A DNA stretch of 64,000 bases from a virus: the IMG/VR virus record IMGVR_UViG_3300008266_000002. One strand, written 5' to 3'. The notes beneath the pieces were generated by a model. The model did not search any database and had not been told where the DNA came from. It saw only the letters and a program-made list of their open reading frames with translations. The translations under genes and the position numbers were made by a program. Of the stretch, positions 27,397-35,962 are shown piece after piece; position 1 is the stretch's first letter, and each line of letters opens with the position of its first letter.

Positions 27397-27992
27397 TAAG
27401 ACTTACAAACATATTAAACGAAATCGGAGAAGGTGTTAAGCCATTCCCTTTTAAAGTATGGACTGGTAGTTCAACTCCTGAATCATGGCTGAAAAAAATC
27501 TATGCGGACGATATGCTAAACCGACTTGGATTAGAGCCACCAATCGCTTATTTGTTTAGTAGTGATCAGGCAGATTATGTAGTCTACATAAATGGTGATG
27601 CAGCTAGTGAAAGCTTCCTCAAAGATATGGGAAAAGTTCCTGAGGATGCAACACTCGATCATCAGTATGAAATTAGACTTGAAGTAGCTTTTGATGTTAA
27701 GGGCTCCGGAGAACAAAAACTCACCAACTTTGGTGAGCAGTTTCGTGTTATATCTACAGTAACCGAGTGTGTAGTTGATACAGTGAAAAAACTAGTACAG
27801 GATAAGAATATATGGGTAAAAGAGGTTCACATTGGGCCTAAAAAGGAAAAAGGTGAAGGCTTACATAATGCTGATGAAACAAAACGTGGTCGCTTATATT
27901 TAGCTTATATCAATAAACAACTATCACGTTTTGAAGGTAATTGGAGAGTGCGTATTGATCGGCATGAATTTGTCTTAATAAGAGAATCATAG
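27393..27992 (+). CDS. leader-bearing hypothetical protein
   Basis: MIRLTNILNE; KRGRLY. Confidence 0.65.
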   Translation: MIRLTNILNEIGEGVKPFPFKVWTGSSTPESWLKKIYADDMLNRLGLEPPIAYLFSSDQADYVVYINGDAASESFLKDMGKVPEDATLDHQYEIRLEVAFDVKGSGEQKLTNFGEQFRVISTVTECVVDTVKKLVQDKNIWVKEVHIGPKKEKGEGLHNADETKRGRLYLAYINKQLSRFEGNWRVRIDRHEFVLIRES

Positions 27993-28003
27993 CCATCAAA
28001 GAT

Positions 28004-28075
28004 ACGGTTAGGACCGTTTGCCGTTACGGCAATTTTTAACCACTCAAGTGTCGCTACCTGGGTGGTTATTTTTTT
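28004..28075 (+). ncRNA. three-hairpin structured element ending in a terminator
   Basis: ACGGT-TAGG-ACCGT; TTGCCG-TTA-CGGCAA; TAACCACTCA...TGGGTGGTTA followed by a T-run. Confidence 0.45.
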
Positions 28076-28127
28076 GTTACCTATTTATTATAGTAACATT
28101 GCTAATCTAGCACCATCATAACGTACT

Positions 28128-28289
28128 ATGAATAATAAAGATTTAATTGAAGAGATGCTATGGGTTGCTTTTAAAAATGGTGTTGGAGTTGAGTTAGCAG
28201 AAGCAGCTGGACAATATATCCGAATTGAAAAGCTAACTCGCTTAGAAGCTTACACCAAGGCCTTTGCAGAACTTAACCTAAAACTATAA
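28128..28289 (+). CDS. small hypothetical protein (53 aa)
   Basis: MNNKDLIEEMLWVAF...KL* after TATTTAT at 28082. Not in the ORF track. Confidence 0.55.
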   Translation: MNNKDLIEEMLWVAFKNGVGVELAEAAGQYIRIEKLTRLEAYTKAFAELNLKL

Positions 28290-28292
28290 TCT

Positions 28293-28589
28293 ATGAAAAA
28301 ATTACTCGAGCGCATTGATAAATTTTCTTTTGCTCAGATGACTTCAAACGAATCTGGAAAAACCTCTGCATCAGGTACAATGGGTGTTATTATTTGTACT
28401 ATTGGCACACTATGTTTTTTAATTGGATGTCTCGATAAGGTATTTGTGAGTAAGGATATTGACATTATTACGCAAAGTATTATCTTTGTTGGTATAGGAG
28501 CCAGCTTACTTGGATTAAGAAAGTTTACCACAGCCAATAGCTCTATTGACAACACCCAAGAGGAAAAATCTCCCGAATCTTTAGGATAA
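28293..28589 (+). CDS. two-TM membrane protein (holin-like)
   Basis: GKTS followed by two hydrophobic helices and a charged C-terminus. Confidence 0.5.
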   Translation: MKKLLERIDKFSFAQMTSNESGKTSASGTMGVIICTIGTLCFLIGCLDKVFVSKDIDIITQSIIFVGIGASLLGLRKFTTANSSIDNTQEEKSPESLG

Positions 28590-28626
28590 CGTTGTCTAAA
28601 TAATTTTATTTTGCTATATTACTAGC

Positions 28627-29133
28627 ATGAATAAAATATTATATACACCATGGCAAATCGAGGATGTAGTTGATGGTATTGCTACGCATCTTAACACCCT
28701 CTATAATCAAGAAAACGAAGACGAGGTCGTTTTTGCACCAATCCTTCAAGGGGTTGTGCCTTTTTTCTCTGATATTAGTAGAAACCTGCTCTTTAATCCA
28801 TACGTGGATTATATAGGCGTAAGTTCTTATACTGGTGAAGAGCAAACCGAATTTAATCTATACAAAGCTCCAGATCCAACTATCGTAAAAGATAAAGTTG
28901 TATGGTTGTTTGATGATATCGCTGATTCAGGTAAGACACTCGAATTTCTTCAAACCCTACTAATATCCTTAGGTGCTAAAGAAGTTAAAACATGCGTTCT
29001 TTTGAAAAAGAGTCATTGTCCTTTTCCAGTAGATCTTTATGGCTTTCCTATGAATGATGAGTGGGTTTGGGGATATGGCATGGATGCTCCTGATGGAAGA
29101 GGAAGACTCTTAAATGCTATATTTTGTAAATGA
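28627..29133 (+). CDS. hpt: hypoxanthine phosphoribosyltransferase
   Basis: ILQG, VSSY, PRPP loop LFDDIADSGKTL, LLKK, WVWGYGMD. Confidence 0.85.
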   Translation: MNKILYTPWQIEDVVDGIATHLNTLYNQENEDEVVFAPILQGVVPFFSDISRNLLFNPYVDYIGVSSYTGEEQTEFNLYKAPDPTIVKDKVVWLFDDIADSGKTLEFLQTLLISLGAKEVKTCVLLKKSHCPFPVDLYGFPMNDEWVWGYGMDAPDGRGRLLNAIFCK

Positions 29134-29483
29134 AAAAACACAGCTTTAACATGTTAGTTTTAATATCTCTTGTGCTATTTTTCATTGCCCAAATGATAGC
29201 ATGGATCCAGATTAATGGTCAGTTTGTTTGGCCTTGGATGAAGAATTATAAATTTCTTATTAGCTTGTCAGGAGTGCCAATTAGCTACCTTTTAATGATA
29301 GCAACTGACTATGCATACGAAGGCATGAATGGTAAAATTTGGCCTGGAAGACTTATGGCTTTTGCAGTTGGCATTCTCGTGTTTACCATTTTCACAAACG
29401 TGTTTCTAGGTGAGGGCATTGATACAAGAGCTGCTGTGAGTTTAATATTAGCCACTATATTATTAGCAATCCAGATGATATAA
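29130..29483 (+). CDS. four-TM small membrane protein (DMT/SMR-like)
   Basis: Four hydrophobic segments; FLGEGI. Confidence 0.55.
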   Translation: MKKHSFNMLVLISLVLFFIAQMIAWIQINGQFVWPWMKNYKFLISLSGVPISYLLMIATDYAYEGMNGKIWPGRLMAFAVGILVFTIFTNVFLGEGIDTRAAVSLILATILLAIQMI

Positions 29484-29512
29484 AAAAACCCTCTTTTGAG
29501 GGTTCTTTTTTT
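29482..29512. terminator. bidirectional terminator
   Basis: A-run-AACCCTC-tttt-GAGGGTT-T-run between convergent genes. Confidence 0.8.
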
Positions 29513-29897
29513 AGATGCTTGGTTGTAGGATGGTTACTGAATCCGGAAGAAATACCTCCATAGTTAGTTTTTCAATAATGGGCACACCACCAATACTAAC
29601 TTGTCTCACCAAATTTGGCATAGTAATTACTAACACTCCATTTTCCAATTTTGCTACGTGATCATATCTTCCTGCGGTAGCCAATGAACCTAATATAGAT
29701 TCGCTAACATTTGACTCAATTGTAAGATAAATACGTAGATAGCTATTATTCCAGTTCTTTATAACCTTCGAGCATTCAGTTTCAATAGCAACCTGGTTTG
29801 AAGAGTTAACAAAAGATTTAATAAACGTCTTGCTTGATTGGGCTTGACCAGTCACCGAAGCAAAAAGCAAAAGTCCTCCTAAAATAAACTTTTTCAT
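29511..29897 (-). CDS. secreted hypothetical protein
   Basis: Signal peptide MKKFILGGLLLFASVTGQA; TATTTAT upstream on the - strand (29927-29933). Confidence 0.65.
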   Translation of the reverse strand: MKKFILGGLLLFASVTGQAQSSKTFIKSFVNSSNQVAIETECSKVIKNWNNSYLRIYLTIESNVSESILGSLATAGRYDHVAKLENGVLVITMPNLVRQVSIGGVPIIEKLTMEVFLPDSVTILQPSI

Positions 29898-30031
29898 AAA
29901 TTATAAGTTTTAGTGAATTATATATCATAAATATAGACCTTTTTCATTGAAATACAAATTATATTCTGTTAAAATAAATTTTATAATAGCTGTTGTTTTT
30001 TGTTTTAAGTTGGTGTATATTTATATTATAA

Positions 30032-30404
30032 GGGGATGAATGGAATCGACAGATAGATGCGCTCTTTGAAATGATGCAAGTAAGGTTAGATGGAAACCTT
30101 TGACGACCTATCGCAAAAATATTCGGCAACGAACTTTCTGATTGGACCTGGGAAGATGCTATGGCATTCGTAGGTGCAGATTTAGCAATTGCAGCTTAGT
30201 CTCTCTCGTATCACTCACGAGACCTATTAAATGAAGTGAACCAACCGCTTTTGTAATTTGAGCTTGTCAAATAGCCTACAGTTTGCAAGTAGGAGTAGCA
30301 ATACAAACTTGATATTTTGTTCGTTAAGAAAAACGTACTAAACTTGTGAATGAATTTTACTTGATCGACTAGACTGGACGTGGGTTCGAATCCCACCATC
30401 TCCA
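30032..30404 (+). ncRNA. ssrA: tmRNA
   Basis: GGGGATG/CATCTCC-A acceptor with G3.U70; GGAATCGAC; T-arm GTGGG-TTCGAAT-CCCAC; tag ORF 30125-30199 GNELSDWTWEDAMAFVGADLAIAA*. Confidence 0.92.
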
Positions 30405-30486
30405 CAAAAAAAGCAAACGTGTTGCCTACACAAAAAAAAGGTAGTATATTTATTATTATTAGTTAATTAACAAAACAATTTTTAAA

Positions 30487-30645
30487 ATGAAAAGATTTAT
30501 GTTCGCTGCATTGGTAGTAGCTCTTTTAGCAAGCTGTAGTTCTAAAGCTACCGAAGAAACAACAACTACAACAACTGATTCAACCTCTGTTGATTCTGCT
30601 ACAGTGGTTACTGATTCAACAGCTACTACTACAATCAGCAAGTAA
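30487..30645 (+). CDS. small Thr/Ser-rich lipoprotein (52 aa)
   Basis: MKRFMFAALVVALLAS-CSSKATEETTTTTTDSTSVDSATVVTDSTATTTISK*; promoter at 30421. Not in the ORF track. Confidence 0.75.
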   Translation: MKRFMFAALVVALLASCSSKATEETTTTTTDSTSVDSATVVTDSTATTTISK

Positions 30646-30698
30646 CTTTTATGTTACTTTTTCTACGAAATATGGCGTAAAAGTAACTTTTATGTTAC
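30640..30698. repeat. 18-bp direct repeat of a palindromic unit
   Basis: AAGTAACTTTTATGTTAC at 30640 and 30681. Confidence 0.7.
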
Positions 30699-30727
30699 AT
30701 TTTGTAGCTTGTGTGTGTGTTAAATTT

Positions 30728-30754
30728 GGCCGGTCTTTATGATCGGCCTTTTTT
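30728..30754 (+). terminator. intrinsic terminator
   Basis: GGCCGGTC-tttat-GATCGGCC followed by a T-run. Confidence 0.8.
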
Positions 30755-30798
30755 GTTATATGATATTTATATACAGTAACAATTAAATATCATACGTC

Positions 30799-30942
30799 AT
30801 GTCAGCAAAAACAAAAGTTCAAACTACAGTTAAATTCAAACTCAAATCTAAAAAAAGACGACCAGGAATACACGCTAAAACCAAACAGAGTACTAACAAA
30901 TCAAATAAAAATTATGTCAAAGTTAGCGTAGGTCAGGGTTAA
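30799..30942 (+). CDS. small basic protein (47 aa)
   Basis: MSAKTKVQ...KRRPGIHAKTK...VGQG* after TATTTAT at 30764. Not in the ORF track. Confidence 0.65.
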   Translation: MSAKTKVQTTVKFKLKSKKRRPGIHAKTKQSTNKSNKNYVKVSVGQG

Positions 30943-31014
30943 AAGAGTTGACTTTTTGCGCAAAAAACCGTATGTTACATATTATAAATTTTTTACAATT
31001 TTAAAATAAAAGTT

Positions 31015-31308
31015 ATGTTATTTATTACTATTAGTGTTCTATCCTTTATTGGATTTTGTATTTTAGGCTTCTGTGTTTATGATTATCGCAATAAAGCAAT
31101 TGATTGTAAAATCAAATACAACTCAACAAAGGATTTTGCTGAAAATGCTGCAAAAAAGATTTTAGAGCTAGAAGCAGTAAAATCTGAAATGGCTGCAAAG
31201 CTTATTGAAAAAGATCGAATTATAACTAAATACGAAGCTGGAAAAGAAGAGGTAAAAAAGGCTATGAAATCGATAGCATCTACACCACCTCGCAATGATA
31301 ATAATTAA
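31015..31308 (+). CDS. TM plus coiled-coil protein
   Basis: N-terminal hydrophobic helix. Confidence 0.6.
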   Translation: MLFITISVLSFIGFCILGFCVYDYRNKAIDCKIKYNSTKDFAENAAKKILELEAVKSEMAAKLIEKDRIITKYEAGKEEVKKAMKSIASTPPRNDNN

Positions 31309-31320
31309 ACACACTGGATT

Positions 31321-31743
31321 ATGGGATGCTTTGAAAAATTAGTCAAATCGAAGTTTTTAACAAACATCTCCAAAGAGTTAGATATGGCTCGTGAGGCTGT
31401 TAAGTCCATGAGCCTAACTCATCTCCCACCCCAAATCTTACCAAACAAAAAAGATAGAAAAGCTCTCTACGATGAATACGTTTATGAGCTTATGTTACTA
31501 GAAGAGATAGAGGACACTATACTCGAAGGTATGGATCCTAAGTTTGTTTACTATATGCAGGCTGATCAGTTTCTATTTGTATATAGCCAAAATCAACAGC
31601 TAGTCAAGGATGCTATTGTGTATGCATACAATCTAAACGGTGATTGGCCGATCTACAAAGCAAGACATCGATTTGGCTCTGTAACTATTCACGCAGTATT
31701 ATTAGATACACGTTTTGAATTTATTCCAGCCTCCCCTAACTAA
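31321..31743 (+). CDS. hypothetical protein
   Basis: Packed ORF. Confidence 0.6.
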   Translation: MGCFEKLVKSKFLTNISKELDMAREAVKSMSLTHLPPQILPNKKDRKALYDEYVYELMLLEEIEDTILEGMDPKFVYYMQADQFLFVYSQNQQLVKDAIVYAYNLNGDWPIYKARHRFGSVTIHAVLLDTRFEFIPASPN

Positions 31744-31800
31744 AGTTGCTTGTTTGTATTTTTATACCTATATTTATCGAATAATAAAATATATCAAAGT

Positions 31801-32229
31801 ATGGGTATAACATTAGAATGTATGAAATGTGGGGTGACAATGCCTAATAGAAGCACGGGTGCTACTGCCGCAATATGCTGGCAATGCGTTAATGAATCTA
31901 TGAAGGAGTTTAATCAGCCCATCAAAACAAAACAGGCGCCTGCGCAAGGTTTTCCAAAGGGTTGGAGGTTTATGAAAGAGTTTGTTCATGCTAATGGTAC
32001 GGTGTATCATAAAGGTGTTGAGCAACCGGATCTTAAAGATACATTAACACCAACACCACTACAACCAAAAACGCCAAAGGTTAAAAAATCTAAAGTTCAG
32101 AAAGCAAAGGAAAAAGCTGAGATAGCAAAACAATATGCCGATCTGAAAAAACAGTTACAGAAAGAGACTCGAAAGACAGTAATCCGTAAGATTGAGTCCC
32201 AATTAAAAAAGTTACAAAAACACATCTAA
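31801..32229 (+). CDS. zinc-ribbon protein
   Basis: CMKC...CWQC; GFPKGWRF; basic tail. Confidence 0.65.
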   Translation: MGITLECMKCGVTMPNRSTGATAAICWQCVNESMKEFNQPIKTKQAPAQGFPKGWRFMKEFVHANGTVYHKGVEQPDLKDTLTPTPLQPKTPKVKKSKVQKAKEKAEIAKQYADLKKQLQKETRKTVIRKIESQLKKLQKHI

Positions 32230-32230
32230 T

Positions 32231-32989
32231 ATGAATTACACAGCAGAATTATTGCAAGAAAACTATGACCAACTTTTAGGTTATATAGACAAGTACATTA
32301 CAGGTATAAGAAAAGATCAACTCAAACAACTCTATGTAGATCATGCTGAGCGTATAATGCTTATGCCAGCCTCTAGTGTGGATCATCATCATAACGCTTT
32401 TCCAGGTGGATATGTTGACCATATCAATCGTGTTATTGAGTGTGCTCTTCAACTCAAAGCTTTATGGGCTAATATGGGTGCTTATATTAACTATACTGAT
32501 GAAGAGTTAGTATTTGCAGCTATGAATCACGACTTAGGTAAAATAGGTACAGAAGAAGCTGAACAATATATACCTAATGATTCAGAATGGCATAGAAAAA
32601 ATCTCGGTAAGTTGTACAAATACAATGCAAGTAATCCTTTTATGCCAGTACCCGATAGAAGCTTGTTTTTATTGCAGCAAAGAGGTATTCGAGTTTCATT
32701 CAATGAGTATGTAGCAATTAAGACTCACGATGGCTTGTATGATGAAAGTAACCGACCTTATTTTATATCATCCACAAAAGAATCTAAATTACGAACAAAT
32801 CTACCCATCATACTTCACCATGCCGATCATATGGCATCTCGTATAGAGTTCGAGATGTGGGATCGTAACAATGGCAGTACCGAAAAACCTAAGCCAGTTG
32901 AAAAACGTACAAAACCAACCATTCCAGCAGATCTTAGTCAGACAGAGAAAGATGATTTAATTAACGTGTTTAATAATTTATTCAAATGA
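32231..32989 (+). CDS. HD-domain phosphohydrolase (YhaM-like)
   Basis: PAS..HHNAFPGGYVDH, NHDLGKIG, HDG, HHADH. Confidence 0.85.
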   Translation: MNYTAELLQENYDQLLGYIDKYITGIRKDQLKQLYVDHAERIMLMPASSVDHHHNAFPGGYVDHINRVIECALQLKALWANMGAYINYTDEELVFAAMNHDLGKIGTEEAEQYIPNDSEWHRKNLGKLYKYNASNPFMPVPDRSLFLLQQRGIRVSFNEYVAIKTHDGLYDESNRPYFISSTKESKLRTNLPIILHHADHMASRIEFEMWDRNNGSTEKPKPVEKRTKPTIPADLSQTEKDDLINVFNNLFK

Positions 32990-33297
32990 TTATAGTAGTT
33001 ATAATATTAGTATTGATAATAGCTTTCCTCAGCTATTTGTTGTATATTAACTTTAGAAGAGCAGAACGTGCAGAAGATTATTGCGAAGCTTATATTCGCT
33101 TTGTATCAGCTTTATTTTTCCGATTTCAATCTACTAGAGATCAAATGAAAGAGATTGATCGTTTAGGAGCATTTCAGGCTGATGATGAGGTAGGTTCTAT
33201 TTTTAAGGAGTTAGATAATTCAATTGAAGATCTTTATGAGTTTATTACAAGATATGTCAACACAGAAACCGAAGAAAACAAGAAAACCGAAAACTAA
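32986..33297 (+). CDS. membrane-anchored hypothetical protein
   Basis: N-terminal TM; GAFQADDEVG. Confidence 0.65.
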   Translation: MIIVVIILVLIIAFLSYLLYINFRRAERAEDYCEAYIRFVSALFFRFQSTRDQMKEIDRLGAFQADDEVGSIFKELDNSIEDLYEFITRYVNTETEENKKTEN

Positions 33298-33979
33298 AAG
33301 AATGTACTTCGGTCCCGAAGTAGATTTGAGTATTGTAAAGTATAATGCTACAGATAGTGAAACAGAACGTAGTTTGATTTATCAACATGAAATTCGCCCA
33401 GCTTTTGAGAAGTTAGTTGAGAATATCATTCACACATTCAAATTTTACTACACAGACGGACAATCGTTTAAACAAGTACAACATGAGGTTGTAAGTTTTC
33501 TTGTTGAAAAACTACCTAAATTTAAACAGGATAATGGTAAGGCATTTAGTTACTTTAGTATTGTAGCAAAAAACTACTGTATATTAAAAAACAAAAACAA
33601 CTACAAAAAACTAACCTCTCACGATAGAGTTGATGTTATGGATGAGGTTAGTTTAGAATGTCCTGATAGTGTTGAGGAAGAAGTTATTAACCTTACAGAT
33701 TTTATTGATCGATATGTCATCTATTGGGATGATAATCTTGAAAACACCTTTACTAAAAAAGGAGATCGTGAATTGGCAGGTGCAATTATTGAACTCTTTA
33801 GAAAGCGAGAAAAAATTGAACTTTTTAATAAAAAAGCATTGTATATTTATATACGTGAAATGACTGATGCAAATACTCAGCAAATCACCAAGATGGTTAA
33901 AACCATGAAGGATAAATATCGTGCAATGTTTATGGATTATCTCAAGTATAATTGTATACCACCTAATAAAAAATATTAA
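33254..33979 (+). CDS. phage sigma factor (T4 gp55-like, late transcription)
   Basis: Region-2-like LPKFKQDNGKAFSYFSIVAKNY; YF at the N-terminus; sits ahead of the structural genes. Confidence 0.65.
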   Translation: MSTQKPKKTRKPKTKRMYFGPEVDLSIVKYNATDSETERSLIYQHEIRPAFEKLVENIIHTFKFYYTDGQSFKQVQHEVVSFLVEKLPKFKQDNGKAFSYFSIVAKNYCILKNKNNYKKLTSHDRVDVMDEVSLECPDSVEEEVINLTDFIDRYVIYWDDNLENTFTKKGDRELAGAIIELFRKREKIELFNKKALYIYIREMTDANTQQITKMVKTMKDKYRAMFMDYLKYNCIPPNKKY

Positions 33980-34224
33980 TGTTAGTTTTATTCTCTAAAG
34001 AAAAGTTGCAGCAATTTTTACAAGAGGAGATAAAATGTTGGGAAAGCGTTGGTGGTGGTCCAAACCTCAACGCTTTTTCGTTTGATCCTAAAAACACTGA
34101 TCCAGCTGTATTACGTGAGCTTGGTTATTACGATAATAGAGACTCTTGGATTGCTGGAGCGCGTATAAAACAATTGGTTGAGCTTATTAACGAATTAGAA
34201 TCCCTTCCACAATATAAAAAATAA
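33979..34224 (+). CDS. hypothetical protein
   Basis: TAATG-coupled ORF. Confidence 0.55.
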   Translation: MLVLFSKEKLQQFLQEEIKCWESVGGGPNLNAFSFDPKNTDPAVLRELGYYDNRDSWIAGARIKQLVELINELESLPQYKK

Positions 34225-34227
34225 CGT

Positions 34228-35898
34228 ATGAAACAAGTTTTACTATCTATTACACTATTCATCCTTACAACGACTTCTTACGCTCAGTCTTGTACATCAA
34301 CCACTTACTATGATAATATGGAAACCTATACTTGGTTTGGTGATTGGTGGTTGTATAACTTTTCTAATTATTATACGAACTTTTCAGTAAGTCCATCAGT
34401 GAGTGCTGTTCATTATGGTAGTGGTGCTAGTACGTCAGGAATAGAACAAGATTGGTATACTATGCCAGTAATTAACGGTCTTAATCCCAACTACACTTAC
34501 AAAGTGAAATTTCGTTTAGCTTCCTATACAATCACTTCACCTACAGCAACCACAAGAGGAGTTGATGCTGCTGATTATGTTCAAGTTCAGCTTAGTCGTA
34601 ATGGAGGAGCGTATGTTACTGAGATGACTATCTTTGGTTTTAGTAATCAAACTTGGACATATAATGCAACTGGTATTGCAGCAAAAACAGCTAACGGAAC
34701 AAATACGAACTATCAAATAGCAGTAGGTGGTGCAAGAACCGATGGGTTTTCAACTGTAGAATTAACCTTACAGCCCAATACAACTAGTGTAGCTATTGAT
34801 TTATATATGAGGTGTAATTCTGCAGGTGAGGAATTTTGGATAGATAATGTTGAATTGATTGAGACAATTCCAACTCCTTCAGTAACTATTAGCGGTACTA
34901 ATAGTGTATGCAGTGGTATATCGACAACCCTAACTGCCACCGGTGCTCAAACATATAGCTGGAGTGGTGGGATATCAAATGGGATTTCATTTACCCCTAC
35001 AACGACAGCTACCTATAATGTCACTGGTACTAATGTTGGTATGGTGAATGGTGTTGGTACTACAAACACATGCAGCTCTACTCAATCAACTACTGTAACT
35101 GTAAAACCTATACCTAACATACCCACTCTCTCAGCAGATACTACTTTATGTTATGGTGAGTTTGCAGTTCTTTTAGCTACTTCTAACATCGGCACTATAC
35201 AGTGGTATGATGCACTATCAGGAGGTAGCTTATTAGGTACTGGGACAAGTTACACAACAAATCCATTACTTACCAATGCTTCATTCTTTGCTCAATCAGA
35301 AGCTTTAGGCTGTGTGAGTTTGAGATCGCAAGTTGATATTATAATTGATGGATGTATATTACCAATTCAATTAAGATCGTTTACTGGAGAGAATGAAGGA
35401 AATACTAATACGTTATATTGGGTAACAGATAGTGAGCATAATAGCTCTCATTTTGATATTGAACGAAGTAAGAATGGTATTGACTTTAACTATATAGGTT
35501 CCATTATCGCTGATCAAAATAATCCATATATGTATGTTGACGAGACACCATATATTGGTACTAACTATTATAGACTAAAAATGGTTGATTTAGATTTTAC
35601 GTATGATTTTTCTAATATCATTGCAATAGATGTTGAACCTCTTTCAAATGATTTTAGATTATACCCCAATCCCTTTGGTGACATTATTACTTATGTTTAC
35701 TATGAGGAGGTACCGGAGGATTTGGATATTTTTATTATAAACGATATTGGACAAGAAGTATATTATAAAACTGTACCATGTCCAGGTTGTTACAATGTAG
35801 TGCATTTGGATACACATGATATTTTGCCAGGACATTACACATTGAAAATCTTACACAAGGCATCAAACATTACAAGACTTATAAAGATTGTCAAGTAA
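34228..35898 (+). CDS. secreted Ig-like-domain protein with T9SS type A C-terminal sorting domain
   Basis: Signal peptide; Ig-like repeats (LTATGAQTYSW, IQWYDALSGGSLL); LPIQLRSF...YYRLKMVD; C-terminal LYPNPF...GHY.L......KIVK. Confidence 0.82.
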   Translation: MKQVLLSITLFILTTTSYAQSCTSTTYYDNMETYTWFGDWWLYNFSNYYTNFSVSPSVSAVHYGSGASTSGIEQDWYTMPVINGLNPNYTYKVKFRLASYTITSPTATTRGVDAADYVQVQLSRNGGAYVTEMTIFGFSNQTWTYNATGIAAKTANGTNTNYQIAVGGARTDGFSTVELTLQPNTTSVAIDLYMRCNSAGEEFWIDNVELIETIPTPSVTISGTNSVCSGISTTLTATGAQTYSWSGGISNGISFTPTTTATYNVTGTNVGMVNGVGTTNTCSSTQSTTVTVKPIPNIPTLSADTTLCYGEFAVLLATSNIGTIQWYDALSGGSLLGTGTSYTTNPLLTNASFFAQSEALGCVSLRSQVDIIIDGCILPIQLRSFTGENEGNTNTLYWVTDSEHNSSHFDIERSKNGIDFNYIGSIIADQNNPYMYVDETPYIGTNYYRLKMVDLDFTYDFSNIIAIDVEPLSNDFRLYPNPFGDIITYVYYEEVPEDLDIFIINDIGQEVYYKTVPCPGCYNVVHLDTHDILPGHYTLKILHKASNITRLIKIVK

Positions 35899-35901
35899 GT
35901 T

Positions 35902-35933
35902 AGCCCCCACCTTGTGTGGGGGTTGTTTTTTTT
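35902..35933 (+). terminator. intrinsic terminator
   Basis: AGCCCCCAC-cttgt-GTGGGGGTT followed by a T-run. Confidence 0.75.
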
Positions 35934-35962
35934 ACTTGTATATTTATTAGAAAACCTGTTAT

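Larger units (their letters stand above)
1225..31777 (+). promoter_or_regulatory. repeated bipartite early promoter GTTG-N19/20-(T/G)A(T/C)(A/C)TTTA(G/T), about 20 copies
   Basis: GTTG at 1225, 3871, 6544, 8501, 10317, 10629, 11109, 11991, 16144, 16469, 16770, 17049, 18744, 24223, 24504, 28591, 29992, 30421, 30947 and 31745. The second box starts 23-24 nt later each time, matching Bacteroidota -33 TTTG / -7 TAnnTTTG geometry. Confidence 0.85.

Noticed and set aside
30211-30641. Minus-strand track ORFs 30211..30405 and 30459..30641
   Set aside because: Antisense shadows of the tmRNA and the lipoprotein gene.
30674-30700. dif/Xer site (TTATGTTACAT resembles the XerD arm)
   Set aside because: No convincing XerC arm at 6-bp spacing.
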